The notes under the pieces: model-generated
Database searches by the model: none
Seen by the model: the letters and a program-made list of their open reading frames with translations, nothing else
Told to the model about the DNA's origin: nothing
Program-made: the position numbers and the translations under genes
Assembly (NCBI GenBank): GCA_964188305.1
Contig: OZ076888.1
DNA from: Podarcis bocagei
Lineage: Eukaryota
Strand: one strand, 5' to 3'
Length of the DNA: 64,000 nucleotides
Shown: one piece after another, positions 12,697-23,786 of the stretch
Numbering within the stretch: the first letter of the stretch is position 1
How the letters are laid out: each line of letters opens with the position of its first letter

Positions 12697-12997
12697 AAAA
12701 AGCTTCCCTATACAGGGCTGCCTTCAGATGTTTCCTAAATATTGTACAATTACTCGTCTCCTTAACATCTGATGGGAGGGCATTCCACAGGGTGGGTGCC
12801 ACTACCGAAAAGAACAACTCTATTCTGATGAACCCCCATCTATATTGGAACTAAAGAGAATTACAAGTGGCGCTCTTCTGAGAAATGTTGTCGGGTATGG
12901 TTTCTTTACCTCATGGTAGACTTACAAAAAGAAAAGCACACACCAATAAATCAGTTTTAGAAAGGGCCAAGATTAGATGCAGACACACAAAGCATTT

Positions 12998-13261
12998 TGT
13001 TAAGTTGTGGGTGAACATATCAGACGACACGGCGATTCTTCAAACAGCTCTTGTTTATTCACAGGCCAGAACAGAACTGAACTGAAGGGTTCAGCCAGCC
13101 TGCTTATATAGAGCTCCACTACAACGCAACAGTAACCACTTTCTGTAACTATCCAATCACTGAACATCACTTTCAATCCCCTATTTGCATATGTGGACTT
13201 GAGTGAAAACTATCTACAGTATCCCCCTGCTGGCCCAGGGTGAGAACTTCAGTACATAACA
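12998..13261 (-). mobile_element. Solo LTR (Gypsy-like, 264 bp)
   Basis: TGTTA...TAACA termini and 5-bp TSD CATTT at 12993-12997 and 13262-13266. TATATAA and AATAAA on the minus strand. Confidence 0.85.
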
Positions 13262-13469
13262 CATTTTTTATAAAATAAAATAAAATATCAAGACTTCTTA
13301 CACTCTGGTCCCCCTTTCTTCCCACCCAGGGCAGCTGCAGCCTCCCCTCCTCTCTGATGCAGCTCAGCACACAAGACATGTAGTTCAGTAGTGTGTTTTA
13401 ATTCTTTATTCAAGAACATGGCTTGCGGCTTGACACTACTTCCATTGAGCAGTTGCCAGGACTGAAGGT

Positions 13470-13810
13470 CTCTGTCATCTGCATCCCCTTTTAGGCATCC
13501 TTTTCTAAATGCTCACGAACCAACTGTTGAATTATCTGTTCTAAGACCTTTCCTGGTATCAATGTCAAGCTTCCTGGTTAGTAGTTACCTGGGCCTTCTT
13601 TTCTCCTTTTGAAGATGGGGGTGCCATTTTCTCACCTCCAGTTTGCGGGGAACTCATCTGTTCTCCAAGAATTCTCAAAGATTATAGACAGAGACTCTGA
13701 GATTACTTCTGCAAGTTCCTTTAGTACCGTTGGGTGAATTTCATCAGGCCCCGGGGATTTGAATTTGTATTAAGGGAACTAGGTGTTCCCTGACCACTTC
13801 TTTTCCTAAT
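13470..13810 (-). mobile_element. Old CR1 RT-region fragment
   Basis: The minus strand encodes degenerate PGNY..SLTLIPGKVLEQII and PGPDEIHP motifs. Confidence 0.65.
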
Positions 13811-14838
13811 GAAAGGTTTATGTAGACATGTTCTCATAATGACAAACCACAATTTCCTTTTATGTCTTGAATGAGACTTTGTCTCTTGGTCTCAGTTTTC
13901 CCTTAGTAAAATGGAACTAATATTGAGTTGCTGGAGATCAGGTTATGTATTGGTATTCCATAGTGTTGGGTTGGTAGTGTTTAGGCTTCACATTTAAGAA
14001 ACAAATAGCAATATTTGCAGCAACACAGATCTCTTTTGAACTTCCATGGAGGTTGCAACCCATTTATAAGCAGGAAGAAAGGAAGAATGGCAATTCAAGA
14101 AACAACCAAGAGAGAGGAAGCCTTTGACATATTTTGCAATAAAAGTCTCAGCTTGGAAATGGAAAATAAGTCTCTTATTTGCAGCATAAACAGCCCAATA
14201 ATAAAAAAACACATTTATTCTGAGGATAGATGATTTCGCACAATGTTTGGCTGCTGACTGGAAAACTCTTCCTTTGATCTTTTTCTTTTATGCCACAAAC
14301 ATTAACAATATTATAAAAAAAATTAATAATTTATCTAAGATGAGCTGAATATATTTTCTGCTCCTTCATTTGTCTATTCCCAGCCAGGCAACAAAGCTGT
14401 CTAGCTTCAGAATCAATCTTAACCTTATTTTCTATTGTGTGTTTCCTGTTGTTCCAAAATAAGATTAATTTCTGTATATGCGAGCGACTGAACAGTCACT
14501 GCTAAAATAAGATTGATTTTAAATTTATTTATTTTCTTTCTTTAGCTTCACCCACTCGGTTAGGTTACTTTCTCTTTTTTGTTACCACATTAATAAAATC
14601 ACGTTGACTTATAAAATTGAATTTTGGGTTATATTCCATTTCAAAAAGTTTACATACCTTCTCCCTCCACCCTCTCTGTTTACTGTAGTAGATATCACTG
14701 ACATTTTTTTATTTTTATTTTTATTTTGTTAAGCAGTCATTGTGTTGAAGCAGCAAATGCAAGCTCAAAAGAAGCAATTGGTCTTTTGGGGTTCAGCCTT
14801 GCACCACCTTTTGCACTCAGTCTGTAGTTAGGGGCAAC

Positions 14839-15028
14839 CATGAGAACCAACTCCTAGGGTCCAAGGTCCCTTCAGCCCGACCCCCGGAAAATATTTGAAG
14901 GGGCTGGAGGCCCCAAAGTTGATGGGTATTGCCATTCAAATGGTGTATGTGTGCCACATCATGTGATTGATTATGTGGGGTTGGGCTTACCTGCCCCCCA
15001 AAACATTTTATTCAAGTTGGCACCCCTG
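14839..15028. mobile_element. hAT-like MITE
   Basis: 8-bp TSD GGGGCAAC/TGGGCAAC. An inverted relative lies at 23413-23602. Confidence 0.6.
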
Positions 15029-15548
15029 TGGGCAACTCAATTGTTTCAGTCCAGTCCAGTGTTCCATTTCTAACAGTGACCAGCCAAGTAATGCCATTTT
15101 TCCAGCTTTTCAATATAGGCTGCTTCTGTGGCTGCTCTGTTCTCCCCAACTTCTCTCCACCTTTGCAGTATGCCAAAACGGGGAAGTGCGTCACACACAG
15201 CTTTGCGATTCTGCAGCGGAAGACACCCATACAGGAAATGAGAAGTCTAAATGTAAAAATAAACAGGCAATCCTACCGTTAGCAACCTACTTCGTCCTCA
15301 TTCCCTTATTTTAACAACTTACCTGAGCAACTATCTTTTCTCCAGTACAGTAACAAATTCTACAGCAAGAGTCAGGAGAGTAAATGCCGCTTTATCACAA
15401 AGAGGCAGAAGATTTTCATTTACTGACATTCCTTAGTGTTATGTAAATCTTGTTAAAATGCACACCTATTGTGTGAACACAGCTGGGTGCCAAACTGCAG
15501 CAGGCAGGCAAAAAGCATTTGGTTGTGATCCCCACATTGAAGCTGCCT

Positions 15549-15551
<3 letters not shown>

Positions 15552-15580
<29 letters not shown>
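15552..15580. repeat. (TA)n microsatellite
   Basis: Direct observation. Confidence 0.95.
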
Positions 15581-15582
<2 letters not shown>

Positions 15583-18233
15583 AAGAATACCACGAGTCAC
15601 AGAGTCAGCAAGCTTGAAATGAGCTCCCTAGTCATGACTTTAGTGAAAATATGATGACTTGGAGCTTCTTTGTATTTATTTTTAGCTTATTCAGTGTCAA
15701 CCTTCCCTCCCTCTCATTCAATGAAATGTTTAGTTCTCTCTTGGGGGAGATTTTGTATCCAGGTTGTACCACATCAAAGACATAAATCCCTGCACCTAGA
15801 AAACTAGATTTCATTTAGAAGAGTTATAGATTAGATTTCTCTCTCTTCCCTGCTAGTATTCTGTCAGCAGGGATTTGCTTTATTTTGTTTTCACGTGGAG
15901 CATCAGTTATGTGAGGTTTCATCTTTTTGACTTAGCCCAAAAGGTGCTTTTCACAAATACTTTCAACAAGTCATGACCAGCAGTGTTGTGTATGTTAACT
16001 GAGCCTGTGGCCGAGGGGAGCAGCATTAAATTAACATCAAGGACAGTCATCCCTGCCTTAACTCGGGCACTTCTCCATCTGCAAAACTTCTTTATTAGTA
16101 GAGCATGAGGCTTCAGCATGCTATGGAATAAGAAAAAAAATGTAAGACTTCTGTTTGAAACTGAATGCAAGATTTGGTTTGAGAAGGTCATTTAAGTAGG
16201 TTGATCTTTGCTGCTGCCTGAGAAGTAAGGGGGATTTTTGATGGGGAATTCAATAAATCCACTAATTATAAAAAAACCCCACCCTTTCCAATCCTATTGT
16301 TCACTGACACTGTTTCTGCAATAGCGTCATACAAGTGACCTGCATGACAGGGTGGTTGTGTACCATACTCTCTGCAATGGATGAAAGGGATGAAAGCAAT
16401 GGATAACTCTACGTGGTTGATTTCAACTAATTTCCATCTTTTTGATGCTTTCTGAAAGTTGTTTCATTTGCCCTCAGTGATGTCAGCACATATCCATAAT
16501 CTGTTTTGCCATGTTTTGTCATGACACCATCCCATTCAGTATGTGATCCCTGATTGGTCGGGATCACCCAATTCTCAGGGGGGAAAAACAGCACCAAAGC
16601 AGCAACATATCACAGAAACAATATCGGTGAACAATAGGTTTAGAAAAGGTGAATGCTGCTGCAATTTGTGGATTTACATATATCAAAAACTGTGAATACT
16701 TGAAGTAGCCCTAATACATTTTGTAGCTTATCACTGGCTATTCCAGGGAGTACTTTCGATTATCATACCAGTACAGCACTTGCATACTGTGGAGTCAAAA
16801 ATGGTACATAAATCAAATAAACAAGCAAACATATTTTTCATATATGATACTGTATGATTATCCCTTTTTTAAAAAAAAGCTGTTCCTCCAATAGTAAACA
16901 TTTCCTACAGAAAAGATTTGGAAATTAGTATGTGCATGAGTTTGAAAATTTCTTGAACCTAGGATGGAAAATATATTTTGTATCTGGTATCGCAGCTAGA
17001 ATTTGCAAATAGTGAGAAAAAGCTGTGTTGGGAGTATTTTGCTAGGTCTAAGTATAAGCTTTTTTACAACCACGCTGGAAGTTGCCTTAAGCAAGTTTCA
17101 TTGTATCTGAAGCACGTGGATTGCAAATATCATACATTGCCTCCCATTTATCTTTGCCTTCACAGAAGATGTGTTCTCTGTATTAATGAGGGGGAAATAA
17201 CCTATTTTTTCACATCACTCAAGGAACTACCTTTTAATCTCCCCCGCCCCAAAGAAAAACCCCAGTAAAGGAACAAGGGTGAGGGTAGGATCGATTCATA
17301 TCAGAAAGAAGAGCTGTCAAACCCAGCTGGCTTCAAGCAGCATGAAAGAACATGTATTTCTAAGCATGTACCGCTTAGAGAGATGCCTTTTATCACGATT
17401 AAGAAACACAATCTCAACCTTGCAGAACTGCATTTTTGGAGAGAGAGAAAGAGGGGGACAAGGAGAGTGGCTCAATAAATCAGCATCCTCAGAGTTCAAC
17501 TGGCCACTACTGTATATGGCTGGGTGCGAAATGGTTTTCTATTCTTCTTCCAATCAACACAGATGAAACATTTCTCTCTCTCTCTTCCCCCCTCCCATTT
17601 GCATTCACTTGCGCCATATTGCCGATTCACACACTTCAACCGTCTTTGCGGTTCTATTAAATGTGTAGCTTATCCCACAGACACATCTGGAACAGTTCAC
17701 TTTGCTGCTTTTTTTTGCAGTTTTTAACAGAGTAGACTAAGTAGATTAAGAGGCTATATTCTTTTGCTGGGAGCAGGCAAACCTGCTTAGGAACGTGTGA
17801 GCATGATGGGGGAGGATTAGACTGGATGATCTTCAGGCCCTTCTCCTTGACAGTTCTGTGATTCCTATAAAACCTACTGCTAAATTTAGTGGGACTAAAA
17901 TGGCTTGTATCCAAATACACCGACTCCTCTGCTCACCACCTAATGGCCCATCTATAAAGCATTTTCCTATTTCAGTTTTTAGTGATGGCTCATTTATTGT
18001 CTTCGGTGAAATTTTACAAAGTGGCTAATGGCCTAATAATAAAACGATTCTGCTGGCACATGCCCCATTGCACTCTTCTATGTCTGCACCAACACAGTGT
18101 GATTCACTGGCCATGTCTTTTATTTAGTCCCACTAACAACAGGGTGCCCTCTGTGGACTCTCTGATGAGGGATGTACCTACTATGACGTAAAAACATGGT
18201 TGTTGTACCATATTATTACCTCCCATCACCTAT

Positions 18234-18273
<40 letters not shown>
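18234..18273. repeat. (CAT)n microsatellite, probably an old LINE tail on the minus strand
   Basis: Direct observation. Confidence 0.9.
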
Positions 18274-18274
<1 letters not shown>

Positions 18275-18312
18275 TTGGTTGTTTCATTTACGAAAGTGAC
18301 CCAAAGCAACTT

Positions 18313-18399
18313 ACAAAAATAGTATAAACATTATAACAAACAATACCTAAAAGCACAGATAAACACAGATGTTTGTTATAATGTTTATACTATTTTTGT
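18313..18399. repeat. Perfect 30-bp inverted repeat with 27-nt spacer
   Basis: ACAAAAATAGTATAAACATTATAACAAACA at 18313-18342 and its exact reverse complement at 18370-18399. Confidence 0.95.
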
Positions 18400-18494
18400 T
18401 CAGGTCCCACCCCACTGAAAGAGGCCACTAATGCCCCAAACCCTTCAAATTAAGGATCAAACCCCTGGCTAAAGAGCAAAGTCTTTGCATGGAA

Positions 18495-19589
18495 CCAGGC
18501 ATGGCTCCCTGGAGAGAGATTGGATCCTTTCCAGATTTCAGGCCCCACCATGGATTGGAAACTGCCCTGGTCACACTGATCGATGATCTCCAGCAGGCTA
18601 GGGACAGAGGTGAAAGTTGTTTTCTTGTTCTGCTGGATCTCTCAGCATCATTTGATACCATCAATCACAGTATCTTTCTGGACCACCTAGGACGGTTGGG
18701 AGTTGGGGGCACTGTTTGCAGTGGTTCCACTCCTTCCTCCTGTGTCCAGAAGTGGTGTCAGGGAATGGGTGTTCGGGCCCCTAGGCGCTCACCTGTGGGG
18801 TGCCTCAGGGCTCTGTCCTCTCCCCCTCTATATGAAACCATGGCAGAGATTGTCAGGGAGTTTGGGCTGAGTGTTCCCCCATATGCAGAAGATACCCAGC
18901 TCTACCCCTAGTTTAAACTGGAACTGGTGAAGGCCCAGAGCATCCTGTGTGGGTGTCTAGAGGCAGTTGGAGGATGGGTGGCAGTCCATGGATTGAGGTT
19001 GAATCCCAACAAGACAGAAGTATTGTTTCTTGGGGACAGGGTGTGGGGACTCCCTGGTTCTGAATGGGGGTAACAGTGCCCCTTAAGGACCAGGTGCACA
19101 GCCTTGTGGTCATTTTGGACTCACGGCTATCCATCAAAGCATAGGTCGACTCTGTGTCCAGGGTGGCTGTCTGCCAGCTCCATCTGATATTCTGGCTGCG
19201 ACCTGCCTGCACACTGCCTCACCAGAGTGGTACAGTGGTACCTCAGTTTTCAAACATAATCCGTTCCAGAAGTCCGTTCGGGTTCCGAAACGTTTGGAGA
19301 CCAAAAACTGAAAGCAGACGCCTCAAAATGGAAGCCCCAATATGGAAAACTCAAAACGGAAGCTGTGTTTCCTGTTCGACTTCCAAGGCGCATTTGAAAA
19401 CAAAGGCATTTACTTCTGGGTTTTCAGCGTTTGAGTTCCGAAACATTTGACTACGGAGGCATTCGAAAACTGAGGTACCACTGTACATTCTCTGGTTATC
19501 TCCCACTTGGACTACTGCAATGCACACTGCATGGGGCTACCTTTGAAGGTAACTCAGAAACTACAACTAATTCAGAGTGTAACAGCTAG
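18495..19589 (+). mobile_element. Older degenerate L2 RT fragment (same family as the 31.5-41 kb copies)
   Basis: FRPHHGLETALVTLIDDL...LDLSASFDTINH with frameshifts. Interrupted by a MITE. Confidence 0.85.
19233..19483. mobile_element. Tigger/pogo-like MITE
   Basis: TIRs CAGTGGTACCTCAGTTTTC / GAAAACTGAGGTACCACTG with TA TSD. Confidence 0.85.
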
Positions 19590-19994
19590 TTCTTATTAAC
19601 CTGGAACTTTCAATTTAAGGTCAGAGTATTATGGTTATCAGCATTCATGATTGTTTCTGCCACTCTGCTTCTTCAGCATGAAGCATCACTCCTTCTACAG
19701 CAAACCTTTTCCCAAACCACCTGTCCTTTCCACTTTGTGCCCACTTCCACTGCCCTCCAATGTTTTCCCACCCTTCATCACTCCTTATGCCTCCACCCCC
19801 AGCGGGGCTGACCTATCACCTAACATATATTATAAATCTCTGGGCCAACATAATATCACAATAAAAGCTCCTCCTATATATATTGGCAGTTAAAAATTGT
19901 TAGCCTCTGACAAAGTGTGAGCCCATATAATAAATATTTTCCCCCAAAGGGAACAAGGTTGGCTATAATGACACAATGTCACAACCTCATCTCA

Positions 19995-20770
19995 AGCTGA
20001 CCTACACGCATGGTTTATAGCATTAAGGAAATGTAAAGGAATTGTTTCCATAACGTAGTGTCAGGGACTGGGCAGAGGCGGAATGGTGGAAATCGCCTCC
20101 CAATCCTTCCAGGGAGGATGAAGAGGAAGACAGTATAGATTTACAACAGGGGTTTGAAGGAGGCAACAGCTCAGAGGCAGATGAGGGGGGAAGTTGGGAA
20201 ATCATGGAAGAGCCAGAGCAACACCTGGCTGACACATTGTCATTAGAAAGCATTCCTGACCTTCATCTCCCCGAACCCTGCGAGCCTTAAAAGTAGGAGA
20301 GCAAAGAGCTCAAAGACAAAGGGTACTTAGTAGCACCCATAGAGGAGGTGATGATAATGACGAATGAGGAAGTGGGAGAGACAAGGGGTGGGGATTCACA
20401 AAGGACAGTGTCATTATCCAAGAGGCTGGGTTCTATAGCCTCTCTCTGTACAGACTGAAATAAAAAAGGACTGTAAGAAACTTTTCCCTGTCTTTAGACT
20501 TTCCTGGGCTACCAACCGGGAGCCGCTGACAGCATCCTGACACTTAGATGGACACATTACGTTCTACTTTTAATGTTCTTAATGCATTAGTAAAATGTGA
20601 CACCAGAGGACGCTGTAGAGCAACCAGGAACCAGCAGTAGGGATATGGCATTTTGACAGAGGAAACAGGTAAGAAACACTTTTAATTTGCAAGTATGCCC
20701 TGTGACGTTTTAGAATGCTATGTCTAATATTGTTCTAATAACGTTAGATAGGTCAGTGTAGATCCAGCCC
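19995..20770. mobile_element. PIF/Harbinger-like MITE interrupted by a solo LTR
   Basis: Ends agctgacctacac / gtgtagatccagccc. The internal aaatgtgacaccagaggacgc resembles the 3327 and 4755 MITEs. Confidence 0.5.
20059..20542 (+). mobile_element. Solo LTR (Gypsy-like, 484 bp)
   Basis: TGTCAGG...CCTGACA termini, TSD CGTAG/CTTAG (1 mismatch), AATAAA at ~20459. Confidence 0.7.
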
Positions 20771-23412
20771 TAGGATGTTGGGTTTGCAGATAGGCGATGT
20801 CCAGGTATAGCAGAGCAATGCTGTGAAAAGACTGCCATGTGGGACAAAATAAAGGTCAAGGTGGCACACAGAAGGCCAAAACTAGGCACAGTTCATCTAT
20901 ATGCCATCCCTCCAGCCATGAGGGTTTGTTTTTTGTTCTTGGTCTTGTTTTTATTATGTATTTTGTGTTCTCATTTTGTATTTTTATGTTGTGAACCACT
21001 CTGTGATATTTGGGTGAGGGGCGGCTTATTAATAAATCATAATTAACAAAATAACAATAATAGAGAGCCAGAGATGCCTGTGTACCTTTGCACATGGATA
21101 TACGATAGTAATGTTTTCCATTAAGCATATTGAGAATGTCTTGCCCATCACACAAGTTGCTCTGTTTTGGCATGTTGTTTTGTACCCTGTGGCAGTTATG
21201 CATATCTGTTATATGAGGTTTCTAGACTCTTATTTAATTAGGTGTTTATTACTAGTCATTAAGTCACTAGTTTGGTATTATATTATTTTCCTAGATGTAA
21301 ATTTGCTCTGGTATTTACTAACTCAATATTTTTGGTTATTATTTCTTTAAGTGTAAGACATTTTGCATTTATTTATCTTCATTTGTTGTCAGCGAACATC
21401 ATGAGCAGAAGTAGATATAAAATGTCAGCTTTGTTTAACGAGCTGAGTTGGCATGTTTGGCAGGGTTGAAATTCATTGGACTCCTTCTGCTCCCTATTGA
21501 AAAATAAGCAGGCCTCAAAATCAGATTTGTCAAACATGGCAAATAAATTAAACTGAATTTTGTTGGAATGTTGTAAGACAGGGGAATTAAAATTGGAAAA
21601 GACCTTCAAAGAAATGAATCTTCTAATTTGATCCATAAACTTGAAAAGCCATATTTACTTCAGCTTTAGTGAAGAAAATAAAGTTCTGAATAAAGTGAGT
21701 TATATTCTTCGCATGATTTATAGTGTATTACCTACCTTGGGCTTCACTTTGAATTAACCTTTGAAACCACAAATCCCCAGGGAAGTTACCTTCTCCTAAA
21801 AGGTGACGTGTGCAGGCAAGAGATGTTTTGTAAACACAGATTCAAGCAGTAGCAGTGAGTTCAGAACCATCTGGAAATTCTCACTCCATTACAAGGCAGA
21901 CCCGGATCTCACCATGTTTTGGTGTTGCTTATAATGTGTTTTCTCCCTACTGTCCCCATTAGCCAGCCATTCTGGCCCATCCCTCTCTGTTGTAAACAAG
22001 CAAAAGCTTTCAAAAGGCCAAAGAGTCAACTAGCAGCAGGGAGAATTTGCTGGAGGAAGGAGTAGTCTGCTTCACATGTTATCACTCCAACACATGGAGG
22101 GAAACAGGGAAGGCAATGAAGGTCAGAGCTCTCCTTCATCATCTCACTAATTAGAATGCCTAGACTAGAATGCCTGAATTGGGATTGTGAATGTGTTATA
22201 TTGTACACAAGCTCTGCTTTAGTTTCTGAAGTGTCATTCCCTACATCAAGGCTGCAGCAGGATTGTGATTTTCTCCCAATATAGTTTGTGGGAGAACAGG
22301 CAGAGGTGAATTTCACCAGTTAATATTCACAAAAAACACTGGACCTATCTGTCTGAAATTTGACGGACTTCATCCTCCAAAGAAAGGCCTGCTGCTGTGC
22401 CTACACATTCCATCCATTTCTGCCAAAAAGGAGAATGTTATAGCTCTCTTTTTTCATTTCCTGATTATATTCAGTTTTCAAGCTTTAGAGAATTTAAGTG
22501 AAGCTCTGGCCCAATCAAATATAAGGTGAAGCACAATTTGTCAAAAGAGATCTTAAGCAAAGTAGTACCCTATCCAAAGCATCAATGTGGATTCCAAAGT
22601 GAATTTTTTTATGACTATGCCTAGAGTTCAGCAATCACTAATTTCTTTTTTAAGAAAGAAATAACTGACATCAGCATTAAGGTTTGATGTCAGGACAAAT
22701 GTCCTGTTTCAATGGAGCTAAGACAAAAGTGAATCGTTACTTAAAAAAACCAAAAACCTACAAACTGTCAATGCAAAATGCTGAATAGTACTATTTTCAA
22801 GTATTTCTGACTGAATACTAATGGATTGGGACATAATACACTTTTCAAAAGCTGAATGCAGCCTCCAAATGAAAGAACTTAATAGGAAAATCTAACCAAT
22901 TATTATTTATTCTTTAATATTCAGCCTTTCACAATTCTCCATGACGCAGCCTGATTCGGTGTTGAATCATTCATGTTCAAGTTTGTCTTAAATGAGCTTC
23001 CCAAATTCACTAGGCAATATACTGAACATGCTGAGCCTGCCTTTCAAATTGAGCTTATTCATGCAATTCTAGAACAGATCAAGTTCCAGTGAGTCAACAA
23101 CTAACTGTCATTGATCATTTCCCCAAGCATGACCTATAGATGTGCAGGTTATAACCCTGGCCTGTCTACCACATCCTCCCTCTATCATTACATTTGTGGT
23201 GGGACAGAAATATCATTAAATCAACTGTTTATTTCCCATCCATGGTGGATATCTAAAAATAGAGCCTTCCCTGTCACCAACCTCCCCCCGCCCTCCACTA
23301 TCTCACCCTGCTGCCTGGAAGACCATACTTATTCATCTGTATACAATACTCCACTCGTGAATATTTTCAGGGTTTTAAAACTTCATGTGTGCTTAGTTAA
23401 GTGAATAGGGAG

Positions 23413-23602
23413 CAGTGGTGCCAACTTGAACAAAATATTGAGGGGGCCCAGGTGAGCCTCGGCCCACGTATTCAGTCACAAGATGCAATGCACAAATACC
23501 ATTTGAATGGCAATGTCCGTCAACTTGGGAGGGACCCAGCCCCCTCAAATATTTTATTGGGAAAACTGAAGGAAACTCAACCCCTAGGATTTGGCTCCTA
23601 TG
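23413..23602. mobile_element. hAT-like MITE, inverted relative of 14839-15028
   Basis: Shared blocks ggtgccaacttgaa.aaaat, catttgaatggcaat and cctcaaatattt. Confidence 0.55.
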
Positions 23603-23617
23603 GTAGACAGAGAAATA

Positions 23618-23786
23618 CTGTATTTTTCCATGTATAAGACACCCCCATGTATAAGACGCCCCTATTTTTGGGAATTCCAAATTAAGAAAGTACCCCTCAG
23701 CACTACCTGTGTATAAGACAAGCCCCAATTTTAAACCTAATTTTTTTGGTAAAAAAACCCCTAGTCTTATACACGAAAAAATACGG
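23618..23786. mobile_element. Tc1/mariner CCGTA-type MITE
   Basis: TA-CTGTATTTTTCCATGTATAAGAC ... GTCTTATACACGAAAAAATACGG-TA. Confidence 0.8.

Larger units (their letters stand above)
10746..12810 (-). mobile_element. L2 3' end with (TAA)n tail, split by the L1 insertion
   Basis: (TTA)n at 10746-10800 and the L2 3' stem-loop. The minus-strand frame at 12715-12810 gives SVVAPTLWNALPSDVK, matching the C-terminus of the L2 ORF2 at 31512. Confidence 0.8.
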
